A stretch of DNA of 64,000 nucleotides from Lysobacter sp. (GCA_036676275.1 JAKFDF010000064.1:1044-65043); one strand, 5' to 3'; counted from the first letter of the stretch, positions 13,272 through 23,858 are shown. Numbers and translations are program-made. The notes: a model not told the origin generated them from the sequence alone.

Positions 13272-15064
13272 GCGAAGCGACGACCATGCAACCCGGCCTC
13301 GACCTCGGACTGGTCGGGAACGGCAGTTTCGGCGCGCTGATCGATGCCCGTGGCCGCGTGGCATGGGCCTGCCTGCCGGCGTTCGACGGCGATCCGGCGT
13401 TCTGCGCGCTGCTGCAGCCGAAGATCGACGGCGGCGACTGGAGCGTGGAGCTGGAGGATTTCTCGCACGCCGAGCAACACTACATCGACAACACGGCGTT
13501 GCTGCGCACGCTGCTGCACGACACCCACGGCGGCTCGGTGGAGCTGGTCGACTTCGCCCCGCGCTGGCGCCAGCACGGCCGCTTCTACCGGCCGGTGATG
13601 CTGGTGCGACGGCTGCGGCCGCTGACCGGGAGCCCGCGCGTGCGCATCCGCCTGCGGCCGCTGGCCGACTGGGGCGCGCGCGTTCCCGAGCGCACCTGGG
13701 GCAGCAACCACCTGCGCTTCCTGCTGCCCGGGATGACGTTGCGGCTGACCACCGACGCCCCGCTGCGCCTGCTGCGCGACGAGCTGCCGTTCCTGCTCGA
13801 CCGCGAACTGCGCTTCGTGCTCGGGCCCGACGAGACCCTGACCCGGTCGCTGGAAAGTTTCGTCGCCGACGCCGAGCGCCAGACCACCGCCTACTGGCTC
13901 GAATGGGTCCGCTACCTGTCGATCCCGCTGGAGTGGCAGGACGCGGTGATCCGCAGCGCGATCACGCTGAAGCTGTGCCAGTACGAGGACACCGGCGGAA
14001 TCGTCGCGGCGATGACCACCTCCATCCCGGAGGCGCCGCACACCGCGCGCAACTGGGACTACCGCTACTGCTGGCTGCGCGATGCCGCCTTCGTGGTGCG
14101 CGCGCTCAACCGCCTGGGCGCCACCCGCAGCATGGAGGAATACATCCGCTACATCTTCAACCTGGTCGCCGACGAGGAACCGGAGCTGCAGCCCGTGTAC
14201 GGCATCGGTTTCGAGAAGGTGCTGGCCGAGGACGCGGTCGAGAGCCTGGCCGGCTATCGCGGCATGGGCCCGGTACGGCGCGGCAACCTGGCCTGGCTGC
14301 AGAAGCAGCACGACGTCTATGGCAGCGTGGTGCTGGCCTCGGCGCAGCTGTTCTTCGACCAGCGCCTGCGCCAGCGCGGCGACCTGGCGATGTTCGAGCG
14401 CCTGCAACTGCTCGGCGACCGGGCGTTCGCGCTGTACGACCAGCCCGACGCCGGGCTGTGGGAATTCCGCGGCCGCAGCCACGTGCACACCTATTCGGCG
14501 GTGATGTGCTGGGCGGCCTGCGACCGGCTGGCGAAGATCGCCGCGCGCTTCGAACTCGACGAGCGCGTGGCGCACTGGCGATTGCGCGCCGACAGCATCC
14601 GCGCGCGGGTGCTGGACGAGGCCTGGAACGCCGAACGCGGGCATTTCGCCGACGCCTTCGGCGGCGAGCGCCTGGACGCCTCGCTGCTGCTGCTCGCCGA
14701 CCTGGGCTTCATCGAGGCGCGCGACCCGCGCTTCGTCGCCACGGTCGATGCGATCGGGCGCGACCTCAAGCGCGGCCACGGCCTGTTCCGCTACATCGCG
14801 CCGGACGACTTCGGCGCGCCGGAAACCAGTTTCACCATCTGCACCTTCTGGTACATCGACGCGCTGGCGGCGATCGGGCGCCGCGACGAGGCGCGCGAAC
14901 TGTTCGAGCAGGTGCTGGCGCGGCGCAATCCGCTGGGCCTGCTGTCGGAAGACCTCGCCTTCGACAGCGGCGAGGCCTGGGGCAACTTCCCGCAGACCTA
15001 CTCTCACGTCGGCCTGATCATCGCCGCGATGGCGCTGAGCCGGCCGTGGCAGAGCGCGGTATGA
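13268..15064 (+). CDS. Glycoside hydrolase family 15 (trehalase/glucoamylase-like)
   Basis: 'LGLVGNG', 'RNWDYRYCWLRD', 'GLWEFRG', 'GLLSED', 'WGNFPQTYSH'. GTG at 13268 overlaps the otsB stop (GTGA); alternative ATG at 13286. Confidence 0.9.
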   Translation: MSEATTMQPGLDLGLVGNGSFGALIDARGRVAWACLPAFDGDPAFCALLQPKIDGGDWSVELEDFSHAEQHYIDNTALLRTLLHDTHGGSVELVDFAPRWRQHGRFYRPVMLVRRLRPLTGSPRVRIRLRPLADWGARVPERTWGSNHLRFLLPGMTLRLTTDAPLRLLRDELPFLLDRELRFVLGPDETLTRSLESFVADAERQTTAYWLEWVRYLSIPLEWQDAVIRSAITLKLCQYEDTGGIVAAMTTSIPEAPHTARNWDYRYCWLRDAAFVVRALNRLGATRSMEEYIRYIFNLVADEEPELQPVYGIGFEKVLAEDAVESLAGYRGMGPVRRGNLAWLQKQHDVYGSVVLASAQLFFDQRLRQRGDLAMFERLQLLGDRAFALYDQPDAGLWEFRGRSHVHTYSAVMCWAACDRLAKIAARFELDERVAHWRLRADSIRARVLDEAWNAERGHFADAFGGERLDASLLLLADLGFIEARDPRFVATVDAIGRDLKRGHGLFRYIAPDDFGAPETSFTICTFWYIDALAAIGRRDEARELFEQVLARRNPLGLLSEDLAFDSGEAWGNFPQTYSHVGLIIAAMALSRPWQSAV

Positions 15065-15086
15065 ACGCCGCGCCGGGAGATCGCGC

Positions 15087-16454
15087 TTGAGCCGGCTGGT
15101 CATCGTCTCCAACCGCGTCGCGTTGCCGGGCGAGGCGCGCGCCGGCGGCCTGGCCGTGGCGCTGCAGGCGGCGCTGGAGGAGACCGGTGGGCTGTGGTTC
15201 GGCTGGAGCGGCAAGATCGACCCGATCCGTTCCGGCAGGCTGCACGAGCAGCAGGCCGGCAACATCCGCTACGTCACCATCGACCTGTCGCGGCGCGACC
15301 ACGCCGACTACTACAACGGCTTCGCCAACCGCTCGCTGTGGCCGCTGCTGCACTTCCGCATGGACCTGGTCGACTACAGCCGCGAGACCTATGCCGCCTA
15401 CCGCCGCGTCAACGCCCTGTTCGCGGAGAAGCTCGCGCCGCTGCTGCGCGACGACGACCTGGTCTGGATCCACGACTACCACCTGATCCCGCTGGCGGCA
15501 TTGCTGCGCGAGCATGGCGTGCGCTGCCGGCTCGGCTTCTTCCTGCACGTGCCGATGCCGTCCTCCGACCTGCTGGCGGCGCTGCCGCAGCACGGCCGCC
15601 TGTTCGAGGGCTTGTCGGCCTACGACCTGGTCGGCTTCCAGACCAGTCGCGACCTCGAGCGCTTCCAGGATTACGTACGCCTGTTCGGCCGCGGCAACGT
15701 GCTGGCGCCCGGGGTGCTGGAGACCGAAGGCGGGCGCCGCCTGCACGCCGGCGCCTTCCCGATCAGCATCGACACCGCGCACATCGAGCAGCAGGCGCGC
15801 GAGGCGGTCGACAAGCCCAGCGTGTTGCGGCTGAAGGACAGCCTGTCCGGGCGCGCGCTGGCGATCGGCGTCGACCGGCTGGACTATTCCAAGGGCCTGC
15901 CCGAACGCTTCCGCGCCTTCGCGCGCTACCTGCAGCGGCATCCGGAGCAGCTGGGCAAGCTCACCTTCCTGCAGATCGCGCCGGTGTCGCGCGGCGACGT
16001 CGCCGAATACCGCGCGCTGCGCGAGGAACTCGAACAACTCGCCGGGCACATCAACGGCGCCCACGCGGAGCCCGACTGGACGCCGGTGCGCTACGTCAAC
16101 CGCAACTACACGCACCCTACGCTCACCGGCTTCTACCGCTTGGCGCGGGTCGGGCTGGTGACGCCGTTGCGCGACGGCATGAACCTGGTGGCCAAGGAAT
16201 TCGTCGCCGCCCAGGATCCGGACGACCCCGGCGTGCTGGTGCTGTCGACCTTCGCCGGCGCCGCGCGCGAGCTCGACGGCGCGCTGCTGGTGAATCCCTA
16301 CGACCTGGATGGCGTCGCCGACGCGATCGCGACCGCGATGCGCATGCGCGCGGACGAACGCCGGGAGCGCTGGCAGGCGATGATGGATAGGCTGCGCACA
16401 CACGACATCACCGCTTGGCGCCGCAACTACCTGGCTGCGCTGGCAGGCGCTTGA
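15087..16454 (+). CDS. otsA: Alpha,alpha-trehalose-phosphate synthase (UDP-forming)
   Basis: 'RLVIVSNRV', 'GGLAVAL', 'WIHDYHL', '[10 protein letters not shown]', 'DGMNLVAKE'; TTG start. Confidence 0.96.
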   Translation: MSRLVIVSNRVALPGEARAGGLAVALQAALEETGGLWFGWSGKIDPIRSGRLHEQQAGNIRYVTIDLSRRDHADYYNGFANRSLWPLLHFRMDLVDYSRETYAAYRRVNALFAEKLAPLLRDDDLVWIHDYHLIPLAALLREHGVRCRLGFFLHVPMPSSDLLAALPQHGRLFEGLSAYDLVGFQTSRDLERFQDYVRLFGRGNVLAPGVLETEGGRRLHAGAFPISIDTAHIEQQAREAVDKPSVLRLKDSLSGRALAIGVDRLDYSKGLPERFRAFARYLQRHPEQLGKLTFLQIAPVSRGDVAEYRALREELEQLAGHINGAHAEPDWTPVRYVNRNYTHPTLTGFYRLARVGLVTPLRDGMNLVAKEFVAAQDPDDPGVLVLSTFAGAARELDGALLVNPYDLDGVADAIATAMRMRADERRERWQAMMDRLRTHDITAWRRNYLAALAGA

Positions 16455-16879
16455 CCGCTGGTTCCGATCGTCGCGGAGCAACTGGGCGCGAACACCGAGC
16501 CAGGGTTTTCCGGCTGCCCGCGCTGCAGGTGCCCAAGCCCCCAGGTACGCGCAGCCTCCACCAGCGGCAACACCGTGCAGCCATACGCGGTCAAGGAATA
16601 GCGCACCGCTGCCGGGACCGGGCCCTGCGGCGCCCGCTCCACGATGCCATCGGCTTCGAGTTCACGCAGTTGCTCGGTCAGCACCTTGTGCGAGATCGGC
16701 GCGACCCGACGCAACAGGCCTGAGAAGTGGTGCTCCTGGCGTGCGAGCCAGTAGACGATCGTCAGCTTCCACTTGCCGCCGACCGCGGCAAAGGCGGCGG
16801 TCAACGGGCAGTCAGCCAGCGGGTTGCGCCGCGCGGATCGCAGGCACGCACCTTGGGGTGCGTTCTTGTGGCTGGGCAT
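16427..16879 (-). CDS. HxlR-family winged-helix transcriptional regulator
   Basis: 'DCPLTAAFAAVGGKWKLTIV', 'ISHKVLTEQLRELEADGIVER', 'VRYSLTAYG'; start uncertain (16879 or 16939). Confidence 0.85.
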   Translation of the reverse strand: MPSHKNAPQGACLRSARRNPLADCPLTAAFAAVGGKWKLTIVYWLARQEHHFSGLLRRVAPISHKVLTEQLRELEADGIVERAPQGPVPAAVRYSLTAYGCTVLPLVEAARTWGLGHLQRGQPENPGSVFAPSCSATIGTSGQAPASAAR

Positions 16880-16925
16880 GGCGGGCTCCAGGATCGGGGG
16901 TAGATCACCCGCAACGGAGAGTGCC

Positions 16926-17510
16926 ATGTCCAACCGCATGCAACTGCTGCCGCCTGCGCTCTGCGCCTGCCTGATGGCCCTGGCGCCGGCGGTGCCGGCG
17001 CTGGCGCGGCAAACGACCGGCGCTCAGGCCACCCCGGCCCCACGCGATGGGCAACGCGATTTCGATTTCGAGATCGGCAGGTGGAAAACGCACCTGAAGC
17101 GCCTCGTCCATCCGCTGTCGGGATCGACCCAGTGGACCGAATACGAAGGGGTCACCACGGTCCGCAAGGTCTGGAACGGGCGCGCCAACCTGGTCGAACT
17201 CGTCGCGGACGGGCCCGCCGGCCATTTCGAGGGCCTGAACCTGCGTCTCTACGATCCGCAGTCGCGCCAGTGGAGCCTCAATTTCGCCAACGCCGCCTCC
17301 GGAACCCTGGGCCAGCCCACGATCGGCGAATTCAGGAATGGCCGTGGCGAGTTCTATGACCAGGAAACATTCAACGGTCGCGCCATCCTTGTTCGGTTCG
17401 TGGTTTCCCCCATCGACGAAAATACCGTCCACTTCGAACAGGCGTTCTCCGATGACGGCGGCAGGACCTGGGAAACCAACTGGATCGCCACCGACACGCG
17501 GATCGAATGA
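16926..17510 (+). CDS. Secreted hypothetical protein, predicted all-beta (DUF1579-like)
   Basis: Signal peptide ending ALA, 'DFDFEIGRW', 'FEQAFSDDGGRTWETNWI'; divergent from the HxlR gene. Confidence 0.65.
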   Translation: MSNRMQLLPPALCACLMALAPAVPALARQTTGAQATPAPRDGQRDFDFEIGRWKTHLKRLVHPLSGSTQWTEYEGVTTVRKVWNGRANLVELVADGPAGHFEGLNLRLYDPQSRQWSLNFANAASGTLGQPTIGEFRNGRGEFYDQETFNGRAILVRFVVSPIDENTVHFEQAFSDDGGRTWETNWIATDTRIE

Positions 17511-17511
17511 A

Positions 17512-18252
17512 TCAGGACGCGCGACCGTGCCAGACCAGGGTCGCCATGCGTCCCGTGCGCTGGTCGCGGCGATGGGAATAGAAGCGTCGCGGATCGGAAA
17601 TCGTGCACAGGCCACCGCCATGCACGCGCGCCACGCCGGCGGCGAGCAGGCGTTGCCGGGCCAGCGCATGCAGGTCGACGTGCCAATGCCCGGGACGGGT
17701 GGCGACGAACGCGGCGCCGGCCAGCGGGTCGCGCGCGACGAAGGCATCGAAGACTTCCTGCCCGACCTCGTAGGCCTGCGGTCCGGCGCAAGGCCCGAGC
17801 CAGGCCAGCAAGTGCTCCGGCTGCGCGTGCATGGCGGCTATCGTCGCTTCCAGCACGCCAGCGGCCAGTCCGCGCCAGCCGGCGTGCGCGGCAGCGACTT
17901 CATTGCCGTCGGCGGCGGCGAACACCACCGGCAGGCAGTCGGCGGTGAGGATCGCCAGTACGGTACCGGGCGTGCGCGCGACCGCGGCATCGGCCTGGGG
18001 TTCGTCGTCGCCCGGTTCGATCGCGACGGCGGTGCCGTGCACCTGCCGCAGCCAGCGCGGCGGCGACGGCAGCCCGTAGCGCCGCGACAGTTCCGCGCGG
18101 TTGCCGGCGACGGCGTCGGGCGTGTCGCCGCAACGCGCGCCCAGGTTGAAACGGTCGAAGGGCGCCGCCGAAACCCCGGCGCCGTTGCGCAGCGTGGTGA
18201 ACGCGACCACGCCCGGCGGCGCCGGCCAGTCGGCGGCGAGGATCGCGCTCAC
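17512..18252 (-). CDS. pgeF: Peptidoglycan editing factor PgeF (YfiH)
   Basis: 'FNLGARCGD', 'QVHGT', 'ILTADCLPV', 'HAGWRG', 'FYSHRRD..TGRM'; GTG start overlaps the rluD stop. Confidence 0.92.
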   Translation of the reverse strand: MSAILAADWPAPPGVVAFTTLRNGAGVSAAPFDRFNLGARCGDTPDAVAGNRAELSRRYGLPSPPRWLRQVHGTAVAIEPGDDEPQADAAVARTPGTVLAILTADCLPVVFAAADGNEVAAAHAGWRGLAAGVLEATIAAMHAQPEHLLAWLGPCAGPQAYEVGQEVFDAFVARDPLAGAAFVATRPGHWHVDLHALARQRLLAAGVARVHGGGLCTISDPRRFYSHRRDQRTGRMATLVWHGRAS

Positions 18253-19253
18253 CGTCGCGCGCTTTCCGCATGCGCGGCGGCATCGGCGCGCAGCGCCTGC
18301 AGCAGCTGCTGCATGTCCGCGGGCAGCGGCGCGCTCGCGCGCAACGGCTCGCCGCTGGCCGGATGGATGAATTCCAGCGTCTCGGCGTGCAACGCCTGGC
18401 GCCTGAAACCGCGCAGCACGGCGATCAATGCGTCGGACGCGCCGCGCGGCAGCTTCAGCGGCCCCCCGTAGATCGGGTCGCCGACGATCGGGTGCCTGAG
18501 GTGCGCCATGTGCACGCGGATCTGGTGGGTGCGGCCGGTTTCCAGCCTGCATTCGAGCGCGGTATGCGCGCGGAAACGTTCGCGCAGGCGGTAATGGGTG
18601 ACGGCATCGCGGCCGTCCTCGCGCACCGCCATGCGGATGCGGTCGCGCGGGTGGCGATCGATCGCGGTGCTCGCGGTGCCGCCGCTGACCAGCGCGCCGA
18701 CCACCACCGCGAGGTACTGCCGGTGCACCGCGCGCGCCGACAGCTGCGCCCCCAGCGCGGTGTGCGCCGGCAGCGTGCGCGCGACCACCATGACCCCCGA
18801 GGTGTCCTTGTCGAGGCGATGCACGATCCCGGCCCGCGGCAGCGTCGCCAGGGTCGGGTCGCGGTGCAGCAACGCATTGACCAGGGTGCCGGTCGGATTG
18901 CCGGCGCCCGGGTGCACCACCAGCCCGGCCGGCTTGTCGATCACGAAGACCTCGCTGTCCTCGTACAGGATCCCGAGCGGGATGTCCTCGGCCTCGGCAC
19001 GGGTCTGCGTCTCCAGCACCGCCGTGAGCAGGACCTCCTCGCCGCCGCGCACCGGATCGCGCGGGCGCAGCGGGCGGCCATCGAGGAGTGCGTCGCCGGA
19101 CTTGATCCAGGCCGCCAGGCGCGAACGCGAGAATTCCGGGAACAGCTCCGCCAGCACCGCATCGAAGCGGCGCCCGGCGGACGTTTCCGGGACCCGGGCG
19201 CGGCGCGGCGCGGCGCGTCCGGCGTGGGCAGGGTCGTCGTGGTCGTGGGGCAT
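18249..19253 (-). CDS. rluD: 23S rRNA pseudouridine(1911/1915/1917) synthase
   Basis: S4-like N-terminus, '[13 protein letters not shown]', '[11 protein letters not shown]', '[10 protein letters not shown]'. Confidence 0.96.
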   Translation of the reverse strand: MPHDHDDPAHAGRAAPRRARVPETSAGRRFDAVLAELFPEFSRSRLAAWIKSGDALLDGRPLRPRDPVRGGEEVLLTAVLETQTRAEAEDIPLGILYEDSEVFVIDKPAGLVVHPGAGNPTGTLVNALLHRDPTLATLPRAGIVHRLDKDTSGVMVVARTLPAHTALGAQLSARAVHRQYLAVVVGALVSGGTASTAIDRHPRDRIRMAVREDGRDAVTHYRLRERFRAHTALECRLETGRTHQIRVHMAHLRHPIVGDPIYGGPLKLPRGASDALIAVLRGFRRQALHAETLEFIHPASGEPLRASAPLPADMQQLLQALRADAAAHAESARR

Positions 19254-19366
19254 GCGGCGCGGGCCTGCTGGCGTCAAGGGTAGGGTGTCGAGGATCCGGG
19301 CGCGCGGGGCGCGGCGGCGCTGCTATTATCCGTCCTTCGTGCCCCCGGCGCCTTCAGTCCTGCCCC

Positions 19367-20224
19367 ATGACCCCACGTTCACTCCTGCGCCCCGTGCTGC
19401 TGCTGCTGCTCGTGGCCGTGCTCGGCACCTCCGGCTGCGCCCGCCTCAAGGGCATGTTCAAGGACGGCGACGCCAACGAGGGCGTGCCGGTCGCCGAGCT
19501 CTACCAGAAGGGCCACGAACAGGTCATGGACGGGGACTGGAGCAGCGCGCTGACCATCTACAAGCGCCTGGTCGCGCAATACCCGTACGGCCCCTACACC
19601 GAGCAGGCGCTGGTCGAGACCGCCTACGCGCAGTTCAAGTCGGGCAAGAACGACGACGCCATCTCCACCATCGACCGCTTCATCCGCACCTACCCGACCC
19701 ATCGCAACACGGTCTACATGTACTACCTGCGGGGCCTGGTGAACTCCAACCGCGACACCGTGTTCCTGCAGAAGGTGTGGACCCTGGACGCCAGCCGCCG
19801 CGACCTGGCGACCCCGCAGCAGGCCTACAACGACTTCAAGATCGTCACCGAGCGCTACCCCAACAGCCGCTATGCGGCCGACGCGCTCCAGCGCATGGCA
19901 GCGCTGCGAAACATGTTCGCCCGCCACGAGCTCGATGTCGCGCTGTACTACCTGCGCCGCGGCGCCTGGGTGGCGGCGGCGGACCGCGCCAAGTACATGC
20001 TCGAGACCTATCCGCAGAGCGAATACCAGAACGACGCGGTCGCGATCCTCGGCGAGGCCTACACCCGGCTTGGCAACACGACCCTGGCCGCCGACGCCAG
20101 GCGGGTGCTGCAGCAGAACGATCCGCAGCACCCATGGCTGAGCGGCGACTGGCCGGACTACCCCTCGTCGCTGCGCCGGCTCAATCCGTTCGCGGGCGAC
20201 AGGTCGGCCCTCGACCACGATTGA
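19367..20224 (+). CDS. bamD: Outer membrane protein assembly factor BamD (lipoprotein)
   Basis: Lipobox TSGC, 'YPYGPYTEQA', 'FIRTYPTH', 'YPNSRYAADA'; divergent from rluD as is usual. Confidence 0.93.
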   Translation: MTPRSLLRPVLLLLLVAVLGTSGCARLKGMFKDGDANEGVPVAELYQKGHEQVMDGDWSSALTIYKRLVAQYPYGPYTEQALVETAYAQFKSGKNDDAISTIDRFIRTYPTHRNTVYMYYLRGLVNSNRDTVFLQKVWTLDASRRDLATPQQAYNDFKIVTERYPNSRYAADALQRMAALRNMFARHELDVALYYLRRGAWVAAADRAKYMLETYPQSEYQNDAVAILGEAYTRLGNTTLAADARRVLQQNDPQHPWLSGDWPDYPSSLRRLNPFAGDRSALDHD

Positions 20225-20245
20225 TCGCTCGCAACCTGCCTTTGC

Positions 20246-20275
20246 AAACGCCGCCGATGGGCGGCGTTTTGCTTT
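20246..20275 (+). terminator. Rho-independent terminator after bamD (possibly bidirectional)
   Basis: AAACGCCGCC-GATG-GGCGGCGTTT followed by TGCTTT. Confidence 0.8.
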
Positions 20276-20303
20276 GCTCGCGACAGCACACCGATAAACG
20301 GTG

Positions 20304-21617
20304 CTATCGGGCCTGGTACCGAGCCAGCGCGAACTGCGCACCCCTCGCCGTCGCCATGGCCTGGAAACCGACCGCCACGATCCTGCCGTCGGGTTGCAGG
20401 CAGGCGCCGTTCGCGCCGCCGTTGAGGTCGCCGAACGATGTGCGCACGCGGCCTCCGCTTCCGAACGCCGGGTCCAGCACGCCGTTCGGGTTCAGCCTCG
20501 CCAGCAGGAAATCCGAATCGGAGGATTCGCTGTTGGGGTAACCGACCAGCACGATCCTGCCGTCGCCCTGCAGCAATACGCTGTAGGCGGACTGGCAGCA
20601 ACTGTCGAAAGTGAGCTGCTTCAGGCCGTCGCCACTGAAACCCGGGTCGCGCGCGCCGTTCGCACCGTAGCGCGCGACGGCGAAGTTCGCGGCGCCGCCC
20701 GGAGTGGTGGCGAAGCCCGCGGCGACGATGCGGCCGTCCGCCTGCAGCACGGCCGCGCGCGCGCGGTCGAAGCGGTCGGCGCCGAAATCGGTGCGTATCC
20801 TGCCGCGCACGCCGAACGTGCGGTCGAGCCGGCCGTCGGGCAGGTAGCGCGCCGCGGCGAAATCGTAATCGCTCAGCGGATCGCGCGCCGAGCCGACCAG
20901 GACGATGCGGCCATCGGGCCGGATCAGTGCGACGAAAGCATCGTCGTTCAGCCCCTCGAAGTCGGTCGACACCTGGCCGCCGCTGCCGAAGCCCAGGTCG
21001 GGCGATCCATCCGGATGGTAGCGCGCGAGCGCGAAATCCGTGTCGGACGAAGCATCGCTCGAGAAGTCGACGAAATCGGTGCCCGCCGCGACGATCCCGC
21101 CATCGGGCTGCAATGCCAGCGCGAACGCGTAGCTGCCGTGCGGAAATCGGGTCGTGACGATGCCGTTGTCGCCGAAAGCGGCGTCGAGCGATCCGTCCGG
21201 GTTGTAGCGCGCAAGCTCGAAGTTGCCGAGGAACGTGAACAGCGGGAATGCGCCGCCGGCGACGAGGATCTTGCCGTCGGGCTGCACCAGCACCGCCGAG
21301 GCGACGGCGGCGAGCCCGGGGAAGTCCGTCGTCACGCGGCCATCCGAGCCGAAACCCGGATCGGGCGAACCGTCCGCGTTGTAACGCACGACCGCGAAGT
21401 CCTCGCCGGAGTAGTCGTTGTTCTTGTAGGTCGTGCCGACGACCACGAGCTTTCCGTCGGCCTGCATCGCGACGGCGTAGGCGATGTCGGTGCTGAAGTC
21501 GATATCGGTCAACACCCGGCCGCCGAGCCCGAAGGACGGATCCAGGTCCCCGGGCGCCAACCGCGCCGTGCCGGCGAGTGCGAGCAACGTGCCCAATGCA
21601 GTCATGAATAGCCGCAT
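20304..21617 (-). CDS. Secreted delta-60 repeat protein (7 repeats, predicted 7-bladed beta-propeller)
   Basis: Seven units of 'xDxxFGxxGxVxTxF...LQPDGRIVxxG...FxxARYxxDG' after a signal-like N-terminus (MRLFMTALG, 21617). Confidence 0.82.
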   Translation of the reverse strand: MRLFMTALGTLLALAGTARLAPGDLDPSFGLGGRVLTDIDFSTDIAYAVAMQADGKLVVVGTTYKNNDYSGEDFAVVRYNADGSPDPGFGSDGRVTTDFPGLAAVASAVLVQPDGKILVAGGAFPLFTFLGNFELARYNPDGSLDAAFGDNGIVTTRFPHGSYAFALALQPDGGIVAAGTDFVDFSSDASSDTDFALARYHPDGSPDLGFGSGGQVSTDFEGLNDDAFVALIRPDGRIVLVGSARDPLSDYDFAAARYLPDGRLDRTFGVRGRIRTDFGADRFDRARAAVLQADGRIVAAGFATTPGGAANFAVARYGANGARDPGFSGDGLKQLTFDSCCQSAYSVLLQGDGRIVLVGYPNSESSDSDFLLARLNPNGVLDPAFGSGGRVRTSFGDLNGGANGACLQPDGRIVAVGFQAMATARGAQFALARYQAR

Positions 21618-21863
21618 GACAGGCCTCCCGCCAGCTCCGCCGCGGATCCGCGGCACGACGCCGCACGCGGCGGATCGGCGGTGGCCAGACTACATCCGGG
21701 CGATGGCGAAAGGGACACCGTTCAGCGGAAGGGAGTGGACACAGGTCCAGCGAGCACCGGCATCCGGATATCCGTCCGGCCCGGGCTGGGCGGCCGTTCT
21801 TCACGATCGGACAGCCGCGTCGCGCCGGAATGCGTGCCGCGCCTCCGGCCCGGCGCCGTCGAT

Positions 21864-23525
21864 CTACTCGCGATAGCCGTTGCTGATCGGATAGCGCCGC
21901 TCGCGCCCGAACGCGCGCCGCGACACCTTCGGGCCCGGCGCCGCCTGGTGCCGCTTCCACTCGCTGGTACGCACCAGCCGCAGCACCTTGTCGACGATCT
22001 CCGCATCGAAGCCGGCCGCGACGATCTCGGCGCGCGACTGTTCCTGGTCGACGTGGCGCAGCAGGATCGCATCCAGCACGTCGTAGGCCGGCAGCGAATC
22101 CTGGTCGGTCTGGTTCTCGCGCAATTCCGCCGACGGCGCGCGCTCGATCACCGCCTGCGGGATCACCTGGCCGCCGTGCGGCGCGCTGCCGCCGACCGTG
22201 TTGCGCCAGCGCGCCAGCGCGAACACCTCGGTCTTGTACAGGTCCTTGATCGGCGCGTAGCCGCCGCACATGTCGCCGTAGATCGTGGCATAGCCGACCG
22301 CGTACTCGCTCTTGTTGCCGGTGGTCAGCAGCAGGCCGCCGAACTTGTTGGACAGCGCCATCAGCAGCGCGCCGCGGGTGCGCGACTGCAGGTTCTCCTC
22401 GGTGGCGTCGTCCGGCCGGCCGGCAAAGGTCGCGGCCAGGGTGTCCAGGTACCCCTGGAACGGCATTTCGATCGGCAGTTCCAGCAGGCGCACGCCCAGC
22501 GCCGCGCACTGCTCCGCGGCCAGGTCGTTGCTGAGGTCGGCGGTGAAGCGCGACGGCATCCGCACCGCGGTGACGTTGTCGGCGCCGAGCGCATCGACCG
22601 CGATCGCCAGCACCAGCGACGAATCGATGCCGCCGGACAGGCCCAGCCAGGCCTTGTCGAAGCCGTTCTTGCGGCAGTAGTCGCCGGTGCCGCGGACCAC
22701 CGCGCGCCAGGCCAGCGCATCGCGGCTCTCGTCGCCGTCCACCACCCATCGCACCGCGTCGAAGCGGCGCGACCCGGGATCGAAATCCGCGACCAGCCAG
22801 TCGTCGAGGAAGGCCGCGGCCGCCGGGTGGACGATGCCGTCGCCGTCGGCGAGCACCGAGGCGCCGTCGAACACCAGCGCATCCTGCCCGCCGACCATGT
22901 TGAGGTAGGCCAGCGCGGTGCCGGGGCCGTCGACCCGGGTCTCGGCGACGCGCTGCGCCAGCAGGGCATCGCGCTGCGCGTGCTTGTCGCGCTCGAACGG
23001 CGAGGCGTTCGGCACCAGCACCAGCTGCGCGCCCGCCGCGGCGGCCTGCGCCAGCGGCTCCGGGAACCACAGGTCCTCGCAGATCACCAGGCCCACGCGC
23101 ACGCCATCGACCTCGAATACGCACGGCCCGCCATCGGGGTCGACATCGAAATAGCGGCGCTCGTCGAACACGGCGTAGTTCGGCAACTCGCGCTTGCGGT
23201 AGGTGGCCTCGACGCGACCGTCGCGCAGTACGCTGGCGGCGTTGTAGACCACCGCGCCGGCCGCCTGCGGCCAGCCGACCACGGCGACGATGCCGCGGGT
23301 GGCGGCGGCGATTCGCTGCAACGCGGCCTCGCAATCGGCGAGGAACGACGGCCGCAGCAGCAGGTCTTCCGGCGGATAGCCCGACAGCGCCAGTTCCGGG
23401 AACAGCACCAGGCCGGCGCCGAATTCATCGCGCGCCTGCGCCACCAGCGTGGCGATCCGCCCGGCGTTGTCCGCCACGGCGCCGACCGGGAAATCGAATT
23501 GCGCGAGCGCGATCCGCAACGCCAT
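21864..23525 (-). CDS. nadE: Glutamine-dependent NAD+ synthetase
   Basis: Nitrilase domain (FPEL, YRKRELPNY, ICEDLW) plus synthetase domain 'GLSGGIDS', 'TTGNKSE', 'PSAEL'. Confidence 0.96.
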   Translation of the reverse strand: MALRIALAQFDFPVGAVADNAGRIATLVAQARDEFGAGLVLFPELALSGYPPEDLLLRPSFLADCEAALQRIAAATRGIVAVVGWPQAAGAVVYNAASVLRDGRVEATYRKRELPNYAVFDERRYFDVDPDGGPCVFEVDGVRVGLVICEDLWFPEPLAQAAAAGAQLVLVPNASPFERDKHAQRDALLAQRVAETRVDGPGTALAYLNMVGGQDALVFDGASVLADGDGIVHPAAAAFLDDWLVADFDPGSRRFDAVRWVVDGDESRDALAWRAVVRGTGDYCRKNGFDKAWLGLSGGIDSSLVLAIAVDALGADNVTAVRMPSRFTADLSNDLAAEQCAALGVRLLELPIEMPFQGYLDTLAATFAGRPDDATEENLQSRTRGALLMALSNKFGGLLLTTGNKSEYAVGYATIYGDMCGGYAPIKDLYKTEVFALARWRNTVGGSAPHGGQVIPQAVIERAPSAELRENQTDQDSLPAYDVLDAILLRHVDQEQSRAEIVAAGFDAEIVDKVLRLVRTSEWKRHQAAPGPKVSRRAFGRERRYPISNGYRE

Positions 23526-23654
23526 GCCTGCTCCTGCGCGATGGCAGGTGCCATCCGACGACGCGCAGTGTACTTGCCGTGCCGTGCCGTGCGCGCGGGG
23601 CGGGGCGGCGGCGGCGGACGGCGGGGCCTGCCCGCCGCCGCGCCTGCGTCGTGC

Positions 23655-23858
23655 TTACTGCACCACGAACGAAACCCGCAGGTTGACCCGCCATTCGGTG
23701 ACGTTGCCGCCGTCGTCGGTGACGACCTTGATCTCGTTGACCCAGGCGCCCTTGATGTTCTTCACCGACTCCGAGCATTTCTTCAACCCGACCTTGACCG
23801 CATCCTCCATGCTGGATTTGGACGCGGCATTGAGCTCGATGATCTTGGCGACCGACAT
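23655..23858 (-). CDS. Dodecin family flavin-binding protein
   Basis: 'SVAKIIELNAASKSSMEDAV...IKGAWVNEIKV...EWRVNLRVSF'. Confidence 0.85.
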   Translation of the reverse strand: MSVAKIIELNAASKSSMEDAVKVGLKKCSESVKNIKGAWVNEIKVVTDDGGNVTEWRVNLRVSFVVQ

